Source of the DNA: Octopus sinensis | Taxonomy: Eukaryota | Reading direction: 5' to 3' | Assembly (NCBI RefSeq): GCF_006345805.1 | Contig: NC_042997.1 | Span: 31,868,001-31,932,000 of the forward strand | DNA: 64,000 nt | Shown here: one piece after another, positions 37,326 through 50,332 of the stretch | How the letters are laid out: each line of letters opens with the position of its first letter | Position numbering within the stretch: the stretch's first letter is position 1 | Notes under the pieces: model-generated | What the model was told of the DNA's origin: nothing | The model's input: the letters and a program-made list of their open reading frames with translations, nothing else | The model's database searches: none | Program-made: the position numbers and the translations under genes

Positions 37326-39862
37326 TATATGACTGCTATTTCTAGCAGCTGGTCGAACGAGACTATCTATGGCGTTCTGTTTTTTATGGCTTGCATCACC
37401 CTCACCCTCAACTCTGTCTCTTTAAGATCGTAGGGCAGGGTATGAATATATGACTGCTATTTCTAGCAGCTGGTCGAACGAGACTATCTATGGCGTTCTG
37501 GTTTTTTATGGCTTGCATCACCATCACCCTCACCATCAACCCCCGATAGCGTGCTTTTGGTATTTTTTAACTACACTCTAATGTATTTATGGTAAGTTGA
37601 GCGTTGATGGTTATGACGTCAAGTAGAAGCTAGTCTTGCATGATAAAAATCTTGCATTTCATCATATATCAATTAATAAATAATACGAAGGCTTCCCGTG
37701 AAGTTTCATTAAGGAGAGTCGGTGTTAATTTGCTGTATGTAGTGATGTAATTTTATGTTTCTTGTTCCAATCCCGCTTTGGTCAACCTACTTTTCTTCCT
37801 TCCGGGGTCATTTAACAAACCAGTCAAGTATTGTAGCAGATTTAATCGATTCAACATCTCTAGTCTTGAGCCTTTTTTGGGGGGAAATAATTATTTTATT
37901 AGGGAGCTAGCCCTGAAAGTTGGGACACATATCATCTCCGGGTGACTCGTGTTTTGGTCCTTTTTTTCTTCCTTCTGATCAAGACTCTTCAGTTTTTTCT
38001 AAGAGATGCATTCAGTTTGTCAAACGGCTCATTTACTCTTTCAGCACGCCCGGTACAGAAGACACAGTTTAACGTGGGTGACAATGCGCAGACATACCGC
38101 TGACGCTGCGGCATCTGCAGAAATTCCTATGCATTAAGGTGTGGTCGCTGTTTGTGATGCATATTTTCCTCTTGTTCGTTTATTTGTCAGAGTTGCAAGC
38201 CTGGGTCAAAGACGAAGATTTGGACTCCTTACAACTGGAATGTTGTCAGGCGCTCAGTTTTCTAACAATCGGACAGTTTGGTCGGTTAGAACATCAGCTC
38301 TTGCATTCTGTTGAGGGTTGGTAGTGGACAAGAACGCTGGCATTCTCGGAGAAACACTGTACGTTGATGAGGATGAACTAAACAGCCTATTCCAAAAAAT
38401 TTTCAGCTGTAGGGAGCTTCGAAGAGTTAATGAGGTGGGGTTATTTGAAACTGATCTACATCCTGGCATTACAATGGCATAGCTTGGGATTTGCAAACTG
38501 ATCAGGGCCACCACCACTTTAGTTTGCTGTAGTTCAAGGTGTGTTAAGGAGGAGGCCGATTTGGCTACCGCACCAGGTAGCTAAAACCCACTTAACATGA
38601 CTGTGATATTGCTAACCTGTGGAGATCTCTGGAACACCATTTGTTGTATGTAGTGTATATCCACTTATAATCCAAGTCCTTCGAGATCATAACCTGTCAT
38701 TTTCCGTTTGCTGGAAAGTATCTCCTTCCAATCCTTTCGACCATGTCCACTATATTGAGAGAAACTTTGCCAGAATTTTAGAGGAGCTATCATTACCTCA
38801 AGGAAAATGGAAAGGACATCATATTGGAGGTAGGGTGCAAAAATGTGAAAATTTGGGATTTTGTGGGGAAAGTTCTCTCAGAATTCTTTACCATTATATG
38901 AAAGACATGAATAATAATAAATAAGCTTCAAAATGAAGGGGGGAAAACACCCAATGTCATGGCCTTTGCCATATGGAAGCAATAGCTAATCTCAAACTCC
39001 TCCAAAACTTTCTCCATATAGTGAGCAAGGTCAAAAGCTCCAAAGGCTGAGGCTTTCCTCTTTGACTAAGTTCTCATCAACTTATTCAAGTTCCAACTGG
39101 AGAGGAAGTTGAGGGAGGTGCTGCCCTCTTTAAATTTGCTGAAAAGCAAGTGAGAGTAAGTATAAGCCTACCCTTAACATGCACCCTGTAAGCTGGAGAA
39201 AACCACTGGACAAAGGGCACTTTACCTCATTAAGGTAATACAGGATCTGTGAATTTCCTTGACTAGCTCTAAAAGAAATACCAGGCAATATTTACTTAGC
39301 TCTCTTTATCTTCTGAGTTCAAATACTGCCAAGGTTATCCTTGCTTTCATCAGTGAGGTACAAGTGCCAGTATAATTGACTAATTGCCCTTCACAGACAC
39401 ACACATACCAAAATTAGAAACAGGATTGGCAGATTTATTAAATATTTAGTGGTTACATCATTTTTTGAGTTCAACTCCAGCCAGAGCTGTCTTTTCTTTT
39501 GTCTAGGGTATTAGTCAACAGTTCATCCATTTATTTGCAGTATTAAGTCTTGGAAGGTTTGTGCATATTTATTTTAGCTGGGTTTGTTGATTAACTCAAG
39601 GTCAACCAAGATCAAGAAGACCTATGATCAAATGCATTCCAATTGTGACTAACCAGCCTTCTTTCTAAACATTCTATCTCTAAGACTAGTATTGTTTCTA
39701 AGTTTAGTGTCAAGAAAATATCTATATTCTTCTATTTTTTTTCCAATGAGAGTGGATTTAAATGTTGTTTCTAGTGAGCCTATCAATCACATAGAAATAA
39801 TGGTAACCCTTTGCACAGATATTTAATCTGTCAAATAATCCACTGAAGCATTAAAAGTTTAA

Positions 39863-40071
39863 ACCTTTTGATACCAACCCGGCTGAAACCGGCTCTGGCT
39901 CTTTAGTATAAATGTCTTGTTTTCATAAGTTTTGAATTCAAATCTTAGTCACAATTTATGTTCCTAACACTAGCTTAATGATAACGATGTTATTTTACTA
40001 AATTCTTTGTTATATTTAAAATAATTTGAAGAAACACAGAGCATCTCAAAATAAACACAGTAACGAAAGGG
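39863..40071. mobile_element. piggyBac-like MITE
   Basis: Homologous to 54777-54997; right end GTAACGAAAGGG|TTAA. Confidence 0.78.
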
Positions 40072-42118
40072 TTAAACCTTATGACCAAAATAGTTTTAAT
40101 ATAAATCACATACATATATCATTTGACCCATTGCAAGCATGGAAAATGGTAATGAATGCACAGAATTAATGGTTTGCTATCTTTCTCTGCAAAGATTCCT
40201 CCTCACAGGTTCTTACACACTTGCAATTTTCCCCTAGTGCTAAAAAGATTCCCTATGCCACACCTAAGGGTTCCATCAGTGAACCACAACTGGTGTTGGT
40301 TTACTTACATCCCTATAACTTAGCAGTTTGATTCAGCAAAAGAGACTGATAGAATAAGTACCAGACTTTAAAAGATAAGTATTGAGCTTGATTTGGTTTG
40401 CTAAATTCTTCAAAGTGAATCCCCCCAGCAAGGCTGTAGTCCAGTGATTGATACACATAAAAAATAAAGCATGTATATATACACATATAAAAACACACAC
40501 ACATGCACACACACTATTGTAGTACTTGTAAAACATGACTGTTTGAGGATGCAATATATTATGGAAGCAATGTGCATGAAAATTTAGTGATATTAGCTCA
40601 TACAGATATAGAGCTAAGCTGATGATAGAGGTAAGAGTAATTAGATATCAATGTATGGGTGTAAGGTCACTTAGTAAAGTGAACCCAGTCTGTACTTTTC
40701 CACAAATGCTTCACATCTACTACCTCTTTCCCTGTTTCTAGTTTCAGTGTAGGTGTGTGTCACATATATACACACCCACAATCAATTTATCTATCTTTCT
40801 CAATGTATTTAATTGTGACTGCAGTTAACAATCTTCATTTCATAATGTCTAAAGTACAGGAACAAGGATTGTCAATTTCACATTATCACCAGATTTGGTA
40901 GTATAAGGTCTTGCATGTCTGTCTGTCTGTCTGTGATATTCTGACGAGACAGGCATCATATGCCCAAACACACACACACACACACGTGCCTGTGTGGTAA
41001 GAAGTTTGGTTCCAAACCACATGGTTCTGGGTTCAGTCCCACTACATGGCATCTTGGACAAGTGTCTTCTATAGCCTTGGGCTAACCAAATCCTTGTAAA
41101 TGGATTTGTTTAGACAGAAACTGAAACCTTATCACAAGTGTGTGTCTATGTGTGTATGTGGCTTTGTTTCTCCCCTCCCACTGCTTGACAACCAATGTTG
41201 GTGTGTTTACACCTCCAGGCTCAAGAAAAAAATTACTAGGATTGGTTCATTCAAGTAAAATTCTTCAGGGTTGTGCCCCAGCATTGCTACAGTCTGATGA
41301 CTGAGACAAATGAAAGATATGCACGCACTCATACACACCCATTCACTCATGCATATACTCTTCAATACCTACATTTGATGTCTCACATTCTGATTACAAA
41401 AGCCATTAAATGAAACATTGAGGACTACCTGTACATCTCTTTCAGATATCTACTTTTTATTGATTATCCTATTACTTGAAACACATTCATACTATAATTA
41501 TTGATACTGTTGAATTGTTTAAGTAAATATAGCTTTTGTATATGTGTGTGTCTGTGTTATAAAATTTTTTTTCCATGTAAACTTGGAGCTAAGTGGATAT
41601 GTATTTATACACAGATCTGTGCTTGTACAAACACTTATTGCAATTTACTGCTTATGTATTGTTACAGTTAATTCAAAACATAATTTTATTTCTTTATTTA
41701 TCTAACAAGATTTTAAACTTTAATTAGGGCCAGTACATTTGCAGTGATAGTGATTAAGCCATCTGCTCCATGCTCTACAACATCTAAGTTCAAACTCCTG
41801 AAATCCTAGTAAGATGGTGAATTAGCTGACGCATTAGTCTCCTACAAAATACTTGAGTTGTTTAGTTACAACCGTTTATGTTCTGGTTTCAAATCCTGTC
41901 AATGTCGGGTTTGCCTTTCATCTTCTGAGGGTCAATAAGTTAAAGTATGAAGCAAGTACAAGAGCCAATTCAGAGAGAGCATCCTGGATGTTAATGAAAC
42001 TAATGACATAAAAGACTTTTTTTTTTCTACTTTTTATCTACTTTTTGATATTAAAAAAAAAGTGCTACTGGTGTGTGTGTGTGTGTGTGTGTATAATATA
42101 TATATATATATATATATA

Positions 42119-42420
42119 TCATCATCATCATCATCGTTTAACGTCTGATTTCCATGCTAGCATGGTTTGGACAGTTCGACCGGGGATCTGGGAAGTCAGA
42201 AGGCTGCACCAGGCTCCAGTCTGATCTGGCAATGTTTCTACAGCTGGATGCTCTTCCTAACAGCAACCACTCCGTGAGTGTAGTGGGTGCTTTTTACATG
42301 CCACTGGCACAGGTGCCAGACGAGGCTGGCAGCGGCCACGGTCGTATTGGTGCATTTTACGTGCCACCGGCACGGAAGCCAGTCGAGGCAGCGCTGGCAT
42401 CACAGTACTGACCAGACTAT
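42119..42420 (-). mobile_element. RTE-type retroposon 3' end with (GAT)n tail (family E)
   Basis: Copies at about 43725-43880 (+), 46850-47075 (-) and 47885-47995 (+); AGGAAGGGCATCCAGC...CATGCTAGCATGGAAA...GATGATGAT. The RTE assignment is from recall. Confidence 0.65.
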
Positions 42421-43130
42421 CAGATGTTGTTATACCTCGCTGGTCTCAAGGTGCTTCTCATTGTTTTACCTTCTGAATGATGCCAGCCAACTGACTTGGT
42501 GAGCAGGCAAACATTCCCCCTAATTGGAAGGTTATTCCATTCCAGGGTTACCCATTTACAGCTGAGTGGACTGGAGCAACATGATATGAAGTGTTTTACT
42601 CAAAAACACATTGTGGCACCCGGCCTAAGTTTTGAACCCATGATATAGCAATCATGAGTGCAGTACTCCAAACTCTGAACCATGCGACTTCATACACACA
42701 TATAATCATTTAGCATCTGTATTCCAAGAAAATTTAAAACTTGAAAAGCAAAGGGATTAGTTACTTATATAATATTTCTCTCAACTGTGTGAATGCCATA
42801 ATGTATCCGTCTTGAGAATATAAGACTTGATATGCATTGGAGATGTACAGTGGTTGGATTATCTGCAGCAATGAATCCACCAAGCAAATTTTTTTCTCTT
42901 TACTGTATGTATGCATATATCTGTTAACACGTGTACATGCACACGTGTCTATGTGTGTATATATATACATACACGCACACACACAACTGGCGCTCCATTG
43001 CTTATGATGACTAGGATTCCAGTTGATCTGATAAACAGAAGAGCCTGTTCATGAAATTGTGCAAGTGGTTGATCACTCCACAGACACGTGCACCTTTAAA
43101 GTGGTCCTCAGAGATATTTAGCATGATACA

Positions 43131-43358
43131 TATTTCTTTATTACCCACAAGGGGCTAAACACAGAGGGGACAAACAAGGACAGACATAGGTATTAAGTCT
43201 TACATCGACCCTAGTGCGTAACTGGTACTTAGTTTATCGACCCCGAAAGGATGAAAGGCAAAGTCGACCTCAGCAGAATTTGAACTCACAATGTAATGCA
43301 GACGAAATACCGCTAAGCATTTCGCCCGGCGTGCTAACGTTTCTGCCAGCTCGCTGCC
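43131..43358 (-). mobile_element. SINE family A
   Basis: Matches the family consensus; CATGATACA duplicated at the flanks. Confidence 0.9.
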
Positions 43359-45179
43359 ATGATACAGATTGTGACAAGGTTGACCCTTTGAAATACAGGT
43401 ACTACTAATTTTTTCCAGCTGAGTGGACTGGACCAACATGAAATAAAGTGTCTTGCTTAAGGACGTAACGTGTCACTGGGAATTGTGCTCACAACCTTAC
43501 AATTGTGAGCTGATTACCTTAACCACTAAATCATGCGCTTTCATAGAAACGGGAGTTGTTGCTGGCAGTGACTTCGATGTTTCAACCTGCTTAGCTTTCA
43601 TCAAACAGTCCACTGAAGGTTAAGTAGGCCACAACTTCGAAATCACTGTCAATAGTTATTCTCATACTCTAAAAAACAATATTGATTCATCCTTCAGTTT
43701 GATGTAAAATTTTTATTGCACACTACTCACGGAGTGGTTGGCATTAGGAAGGGCATCCAGCCGTAGAAACATTGCCAGATCAGACTGGGCCTGGTGCAGC
43801 CTTCTGGCTTCCCAGACCCCAGTTGAACTGTCGAACCCATGCTAGTATGGAAAGCAGACGCTAAATGATGATGATGATATATATCTCCACATGGTTATCA
43901 ATTTGTGTTGCAAGATTCCTGATATAAAATTGTGTTGAAACTGATATTGTTGTATTTCAGGATGTTTTTTTTTTATCTCCAAATAAACATATGCACTAGA
44001 TATATATTTATATATTTTGCCAAATAAACACGCACTGTATATTTAACGAGCGAAGAAAAGCAATATATATATAGTGTGTGTGTTGATTTGGCAAAAGAGA
44101 AAAATGACCGTCCCAAAACACAACAGTATGTGTGTTTGTGTCTTTTGACAAGAGACTAATAAAATAAGTACCAGGCTTTAAAAATAAAAGAAATCAAGTA
44201 CTAAGATTGACCCATTTGACTAAAATTCTTTGAGGCAGTGCTCCAGCATGGCTGCAGTCTAATGATTGAAACAAGTAGAAGATATATAATTTATATATTA
44301 GATTTATAGACATTTAGCTATTTATAAATATGTACAGTGCATGTGTGTGTATATATATCTATATACACACACACACTAAATTGATGGATAAAGATGTGTG
44401 TATACAGAGAGAGAGAGAGATAAAAGATAGACATTTGGCAATGCTTACATAAATGCTTGTGTTGCTACAAAAAAAAAGGTAGGCAACCTGAGCTTAGTGG
44501 CAGAAGAGAAAGGATTATAGTCAATTAAATGGTACTAGTTGAATTGATAAACCAAACTATTCCCTCATCACTAAAATGTGTGTTCTTGTGTCACAAATGC
44601 TAGAATTTCCAATTTATTTTTCCTTTTTTTTCCTTTTTTTTTTTTTTTTTTGTCGTTTTTAAATGTATGAGAGAACACTAGCTGCATTTGTATGTGTGTA
44701 ATAAACCGAGGGAGATGAAATGTATATTCAGCATTCACTAGCCATGATGCTGGGTAGTGTGTAACACACAGCTGTCGCCTTGTTGGCGCCTTGCACAACA
44801 CTCCCTTCTACAGATTGCAGCATTGAATCATAACTCTGTTGCAGTCCATCACCCCCACCAATTTATTTCATTCTTCTTCTCTCCTCTCTCTCTCTCTAAC
44901 GACAATACTGTTCATTGTTGCCAGTTCTTTTTATACGATTTCATTGTTCTTTCTTTTCTGTTAACAATTATAATCATCAGCTATACTCCCATCTCTCTCT
45001 CTCTCTCTCTCTCTCCAAATATTTATATATATATATAGTAAATATTTTTCATGCATAAGACAAATATTAATGACTTTATATATGCGTATACAGATATACA
45101 CTGACAAGCATATCTATATACATATGCACAAAGGCATACACACATATATGTATACAGATATACACTGACAAATATACCT

Positions 45180-45398
45180 ATTTCTTTATTACCCACAAGG
45201 GGCGAAACATAGAGAGGACAAACAAGGACAGACATAGGTATTAAGTCGATTACATCAACCCCAGTGCGTAACTGGTGCTTAATTTATCGACCCCGAAAGG
45301 ATGAAAGGCAAAGTCGACCTCGGCGGAATTTGAACTCACAACGTAACGGCAGACGAAATACCGCAAAGCATTTTGCCCGGCGTGCTAACGCTTCTGCC
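45180..45398 (-). mobile_element. SINE family A
   Basis: Matches the consensus; ATATACCT at both flanks (45172-45179 and 45401-45408). Confidence 0.9.
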
Positions 45399-45622
45399 AT
45401 ATATACCTATATACATATACACACTGTACTTGGTTAGATATTTAACTAATTGACTAATAATAAAGAAGTGATATTGAACCAGTACACATGTTTATCATTG
45501 GCATAATGACCCTCCCAGGAGACCACAAAAAATATATTATTTACAAAATACTGGAAACGTATTTGGTATTTTATGCTTTATAAAACATTACACTGATTTC
45601 AGTAGATTAATTGCTATATATG

Positions 45623-46186
45623 CGAGGGTAAGTCAAAAAGTAATGCCATTTTGTTTAGGACAGGTATAATTACCGACACAGGAACATGTATCATACATCA
45701 AAAGGAAGCTGGTCCTCTGTGGATCACATCCCTACTTCTCAACATAGTCACCGTTTCTCTCGATAACAATGTTCCACCTTTGAATGAGAGCATGTATCCT
45801 TGCCCCGTAAAATTCTGTTGACTGTTCTTTGAACCACTTCTTCACTACAGTTTTCACTTCCTTGACACTGGACTATCTTCGTCATTGGACTATCATCTCT
45901 TCGGCCCCGTGAAAGAGGGTTTGAGAGGCAAACATTATTCCAGTGACAAGGAAGTGAAAACTATTGTGAAGAATTGGCTCAAAGAACAGTCAACAGAATT
46001 TTACGGGGCAGGGATACATGCTCCCATTCAAAGGTGGAACGTTGCTATTGAGAGAAACGGTGACTATGTTGAGAAGTAGGGATGTGATCCACAGAGGACC
46101 AGCTTCATTTTGATGTATGGTACATGTTCCTGTGTTGGTAATTATACTTGTCCTAAAAAATGGCATTATTTTCTAACTCACCCTCG
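45623..46186. mobile_element. Palindromic mariner derivative made of two inverted 3' ends
   Basis: About 250-bp inverted arms with a spacer of about 70 bp; DYHLFGPVKEGLRGKHYSSDKEVK...GDYVEK is a mariner C-terminus; TIR CGAGGGT(A/G)AGT. Confidence 0.85.
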
Positions 46187-48532
46187 TATATATATATATA
46201 TATATATATTCAGAATTAATCAGCCGAAATTTGCTATGATGATCCGGTTTCTGACTGAAGATTAAAGGCTTCGAATGACCCGTCTGTTTTCTGTGTTCGT
46301 CCCTTTGTGTATTTCACGTTCTTGTTTCTTTATATATAAATTTTTATTCCTATATTTTTATATATATATATAAAGAGAGAGAGATACACACACACACATA
46401 CACACACACACTTATAGTGAGGATGCATGGCTTAGTGGTATTGCACTCGTGATCTAGCAATTGTGATGATTTCATTTTCTAGACTGGGTGGTGCATTGTG
46501 TTCTTGAGCAAAACACTTCATCTCGTGTTGCTCTGCGATCACTTTGACACCTGATGCGTGGTACACAGTGCACCTGTTCAGACAACATCGATCTGATGGA
46601 GAGAGTGAGCTAATGTGCAGCACAAGCATTTGGTCACTATAAACAAGTCATTTGTGCAGGTCATCCAGCAAAAGCGAAATGCTCATACATCGTCTTTGAT
46701 GGGAGAGTCCAGTTTATAGGGGAAGTGGGGTTTGCACAAGGGTAGTAAACTGGCAGTTGTTAGAGCATCAGGCCTTGGTAGTATGTGTTCTGACTTGCTG
46801 TGCTGAGTTTAAATCCTTACAAAGTCAACTTTGCCTTTCATCCTTTCAGAATCATCATCATCATCATCATCGTTTAACGTCCATTTTCCATGCTAGCATG
46901 GGTTGGACAGTTCGACCGGGATCTGGGAAGCCAAAAGGCTGCACCAGGCTCCAGTCTGATCTGGCAGAGTTTCTACAGCTGGATGCCCTTCCTAACGCCA
47001 ACCACTCCGTGAGTGTCGTGGGTGCTTTTTACGTGCCAGGCGAGGCTGGCAATGGCCACGATCGGATTGGTGCTGATTTTTTTTTTTTTAAAGTACCAAT
47101 CCACCACTGTCAATTGGCAAAACTGTACAAACATCAGACTGGATGCCTGGCAGTATTTATTCCTGCTCTTTGTGTTCTGAGTCCAACACTTGCTATGGCC
47201 TTTCTTGGATGATAAACTTAACTTATCACCTGGTTTAATACCACCACCTGGCATCTTCGGTGCTCTTAGCCGAGTTCACTCTACTGCATGTATTTGGACC
47301 AGGTTTCCAGTTTGAAGGTACCTTCCTTCCTCCAGTCTTTACTGGAGGAATGTAATGGGTCATAGACATCACCTCCTTAAATAAAAAATAAGGACAAAAA
47401 AATAGAATTCCATATTGAAGAGTAAATCTCTTTATTTAGGTAAAAAGCTATGTGACTCAAGGTCAAATTTTCTCGCTTTATGAAGCACAAAACATTTAGA
47501 CCTTGAGCTACTTATGTAGCTTTACATATTCCAAATGAACAACTGCATTCTTTTTTGTTTCATTATGCACACTCTGAGATCAAACTGCACTTAGAAATAT
47601 GCATGGAATGTGAATTTTAAATATAATAGGTGGAGGCATAGTAAGAGTTTGATTCCCCAATAAAATCTCACTGCATGATACTTTGAGCAAGTGTCTTTTA
47701 CTATAGCTCTGGACCAACCAAATCCTTGTGAGTGGATTTGATAGATGGAAACTGAAAGAAGCCCTTCGTATATGTGCTTGTGTCTCTTTGTCTTGACATC
47801 GTATGATAGTTGTAAATGTGTGTCGCTGTCATACAAGCAGTTATTCAATACCAATATTCTTTGAGAACATGTCTGGGGAAATATCTTGCTTGAAAATGGG
47901 TGGGGAGTTGGCAACAGAAGGGCATCTGGCTCTAGAAAATCTGCCTCAAATAAATTATATCTGACCCATGCAAGCATGGAAAAGTGGATATTAAATGGTA
48001 GTGGCTGTGTGGTAAGTAGCTTGCTTACCAACCACATGGTTCCAGGTTCAGTCCCACTGCATGGCACCTTGGGCAAATGTCTTCTACTATAGCCTCGGGC
48101 CAACCAAAACCTTGTGAATGGATCTGGTAGACAGAAACTGAAAGAAGCTCATTGTATATATCTGTGTGTGTCTGTGTTTGTCCCCACCATTATCGCTTGA
48201 CAACCGGTGTGTTAGTGTGTTCATATTCCCGTAACTTAGCAGTTCAGCAAAAAGCAAAGATATAAGTTCTAGACTTACAAAGAATAAGTTCTGGGATCAG
48301 TTTGTTCAACTAAAGGCAGTGCTCAAATGACTGAAACAAAAGAATATATCACATATGTAGTTATATTTTCCAAGGATGTGGTCTCTAGAAGACCATCATT
48401 TGACAAATTTATTGTATAAGATAAATTTGTAGCATGCTCTTTCTAATGCAAATTCTTCCTTTGAACAACTGACATCAAATGAATGACTAAAGTACTTATT
48501 GAATAGTAAGAGGTTTGATATTTATTTCATGA

Positions 48533-48737
48533 AGGCAGCAAGGTGGCAGAAACATTAACACGCCGGTATTTCGTCAGTCTTTACATTCTGAGTTCAGATT
48601 CTGACAAGGTCGACTTTGCCTTTCATCCTTTCAGGGTCAGTAAATTAAGTACCAGTTGCATACTGGGGTCAAGCTAATCGATTGGTTCCCTCCCCAAAAT
48701 ATTTCGGGCCTTGTGCCTAGAGTAGAAAAGAATATTT
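48533..48737 (+). mobile_element. SINE family A, alternative 3' tail
   Basis: Same head and core as family A; tail ...TTTCGGGCCTTGTGCCTAGAGTAGAAAAGAATATT shared with the last unit of the 9080 array. Confidence 0.8.
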
Positions 48738-48801
48738 ATTTTTTCATGTACTGGTGTGATAGATATGACACTCTATTTGACCTTGTGAGTAATCAGTACT
48801 A

Positions 48802-48943
48802 TTGAATTCAGGAGCCCAAGGAGAAAAGTGTTTATGCAGCTTATGCTTTTCTCTTGGGAGCAAAGATTCAATTACTAATTGCAAGAATTGAAACCATGTA
48901 TGAGATCCAGACTGTTGGAGCTCAGTGACTATTCCATACATAC
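48802..48943 (+). ncRNA. Candidate structured intronic RNA (pre-miRNA-like or H/ACA-like)
   Basis: 16-bp stem 48815-48858 with two G-U pairs favouring the + strand, internal loop and basal stem; second hairpin followed by ACA 14 nt after its upper stem. No canonical ANANNA H box; no known family recognised. Confidence 0.3.
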
Positions 48944-49070
48944 TCTGCAGAAGACTGTGTGTATGTGTGTGTCAGACCTTTGCTGTGTGCTACAGTTTGA
49001 CATTTAAGTAGTACATGTGCGCACACATACGCATGCATGTGTATGTATGTGTGTAATATGTGCAAGCATA

Positions 49071-49242
49071 GGCGCAGGAGTGGCTGTGTGGTAAGTAGCT
49101 TGCTTACCAACCACATGGTTCCGGGTTCAGTCCCACTGCGTGGCACCTTGGGCAAGTGTCTTCTACTATAGCCTTGGGACCGACCAGAGCCTTGTGAGTG
49201 GATTTGGTAGACGGAAAATGAAAGAAGCCCGTCGTATATATG

Positions 49243-49278
<36 letters not shown>

Positions 49279-50096
49279 TACATATATATATGTCTATGTG
49301 TCTGTGTTTGTCCCCCTAGCATTGCTTGACAACCGATGCTGGTGTGTTTATGTCCCCGTCACTTAGCAGTTTGGCAAAAGGGGCTGATAAAATAAGTATT
49401 GGGCTTACAAAGAATAAGTCCCGGGGTCGAGTTGCATGCCTAAAGGCGGTGCTCCAGCATGGCCGCTGTCAAAATGACTGAAACAAGGAAAAGAGTAAAG
49501 AGTATAGCTGTGTAGTAAGGAGTTTGCTTCCTAACCATGTGGTTCCGGGTTCAGTCATAATGCATGACACCTTGAACAAGTATCCTCTACTATAGCTCCT
49601 GGCTAACAAGAGTGGATTTGATTGATGGAAACTGAATGAAACCTGTTGATTACATATATTTATATATGTGTGCATGTTTTACTGTCTCCTTGTCTTGACA
49701 TTGCATGATAGCTGTGATTGTGACTTTCATACAAGGAGTCTTTCATTTCTAGTACTCTGTGAAAACATATCAGGTCATGAAGAAATATTACCTTACTTGA
49801 AACCAGGTGAGGATTGGCAACAGGAAGGGCACCTAACAATCTGCCTGAACAATATTCTGTCCAACCTGTGTGAACATGGGAAAGTGGATCTTAAAAAAAA
49901 TCAAGAAGTTGAAAAACAGAAATGATATATATAGGCGCAGGAGTGGCTGTGTGGTAAGTAGCTTGCTTACCAACCACATGGTTCTGGGTTCAGTCCTACT
50001 GCGTGGCACCTTGGGCAAGTGTCTTCTACTATAGCCTCGGGCCAACCAAAGCCTTGCGAGTGGATTTGGTAGACAGAAACTGAAAGAAACCCATCG

Positions 50097-50133
<37 letters not shown>

Positions 50134-50332
50134 CTGTGTTTGTCCCCCAACATCGCTTGACAACCGATGCTGGTGTGTTTACGTCCCCGTAACTTAGTGG
50201 TTCAGCAATGGAGACCGATAGAATAAGAACTAGGCTTCCAAAGAATAAGTCCTGGGGTCGATTTGCTCGACTAAAGGCGGTGCTCCAGCATGGCCACAGT
50301 CAAATGACTGAAACCAGTAAAAGAGTAAAGAG
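49071..50332 (+). mobile_element. Cluster of SINE family B copies (49071-49503 and 49934-50332 near full length; decayed copies at 49505 and, upstream, about 48000-48345)
   Basis: Direct homology to the family B consensus. Confidence 0.9.

Noticed and set aside
38361-38460. C/D-box snoRNA-like arrangement (TTGATGA...CTGA with a 4-bp stem)
   Set aside because: Box C is imperfect and I cannot match the guide region to any rRNA or snRNA; such motifs are common by chance.
43950-44000. TTTCAG|GATGT as the second FLOT1 exon
   Set aside because: Correct phase and starts G-C, but runs into poly-T and a stop; no GGRVF motif.
47327-47350. Perfect 10-bp hairpin TTCCTCCAGT-CTTT-ACTGGAGGAA
   Set aside because: Too short to be significant alone; no supporting structure or boxes.
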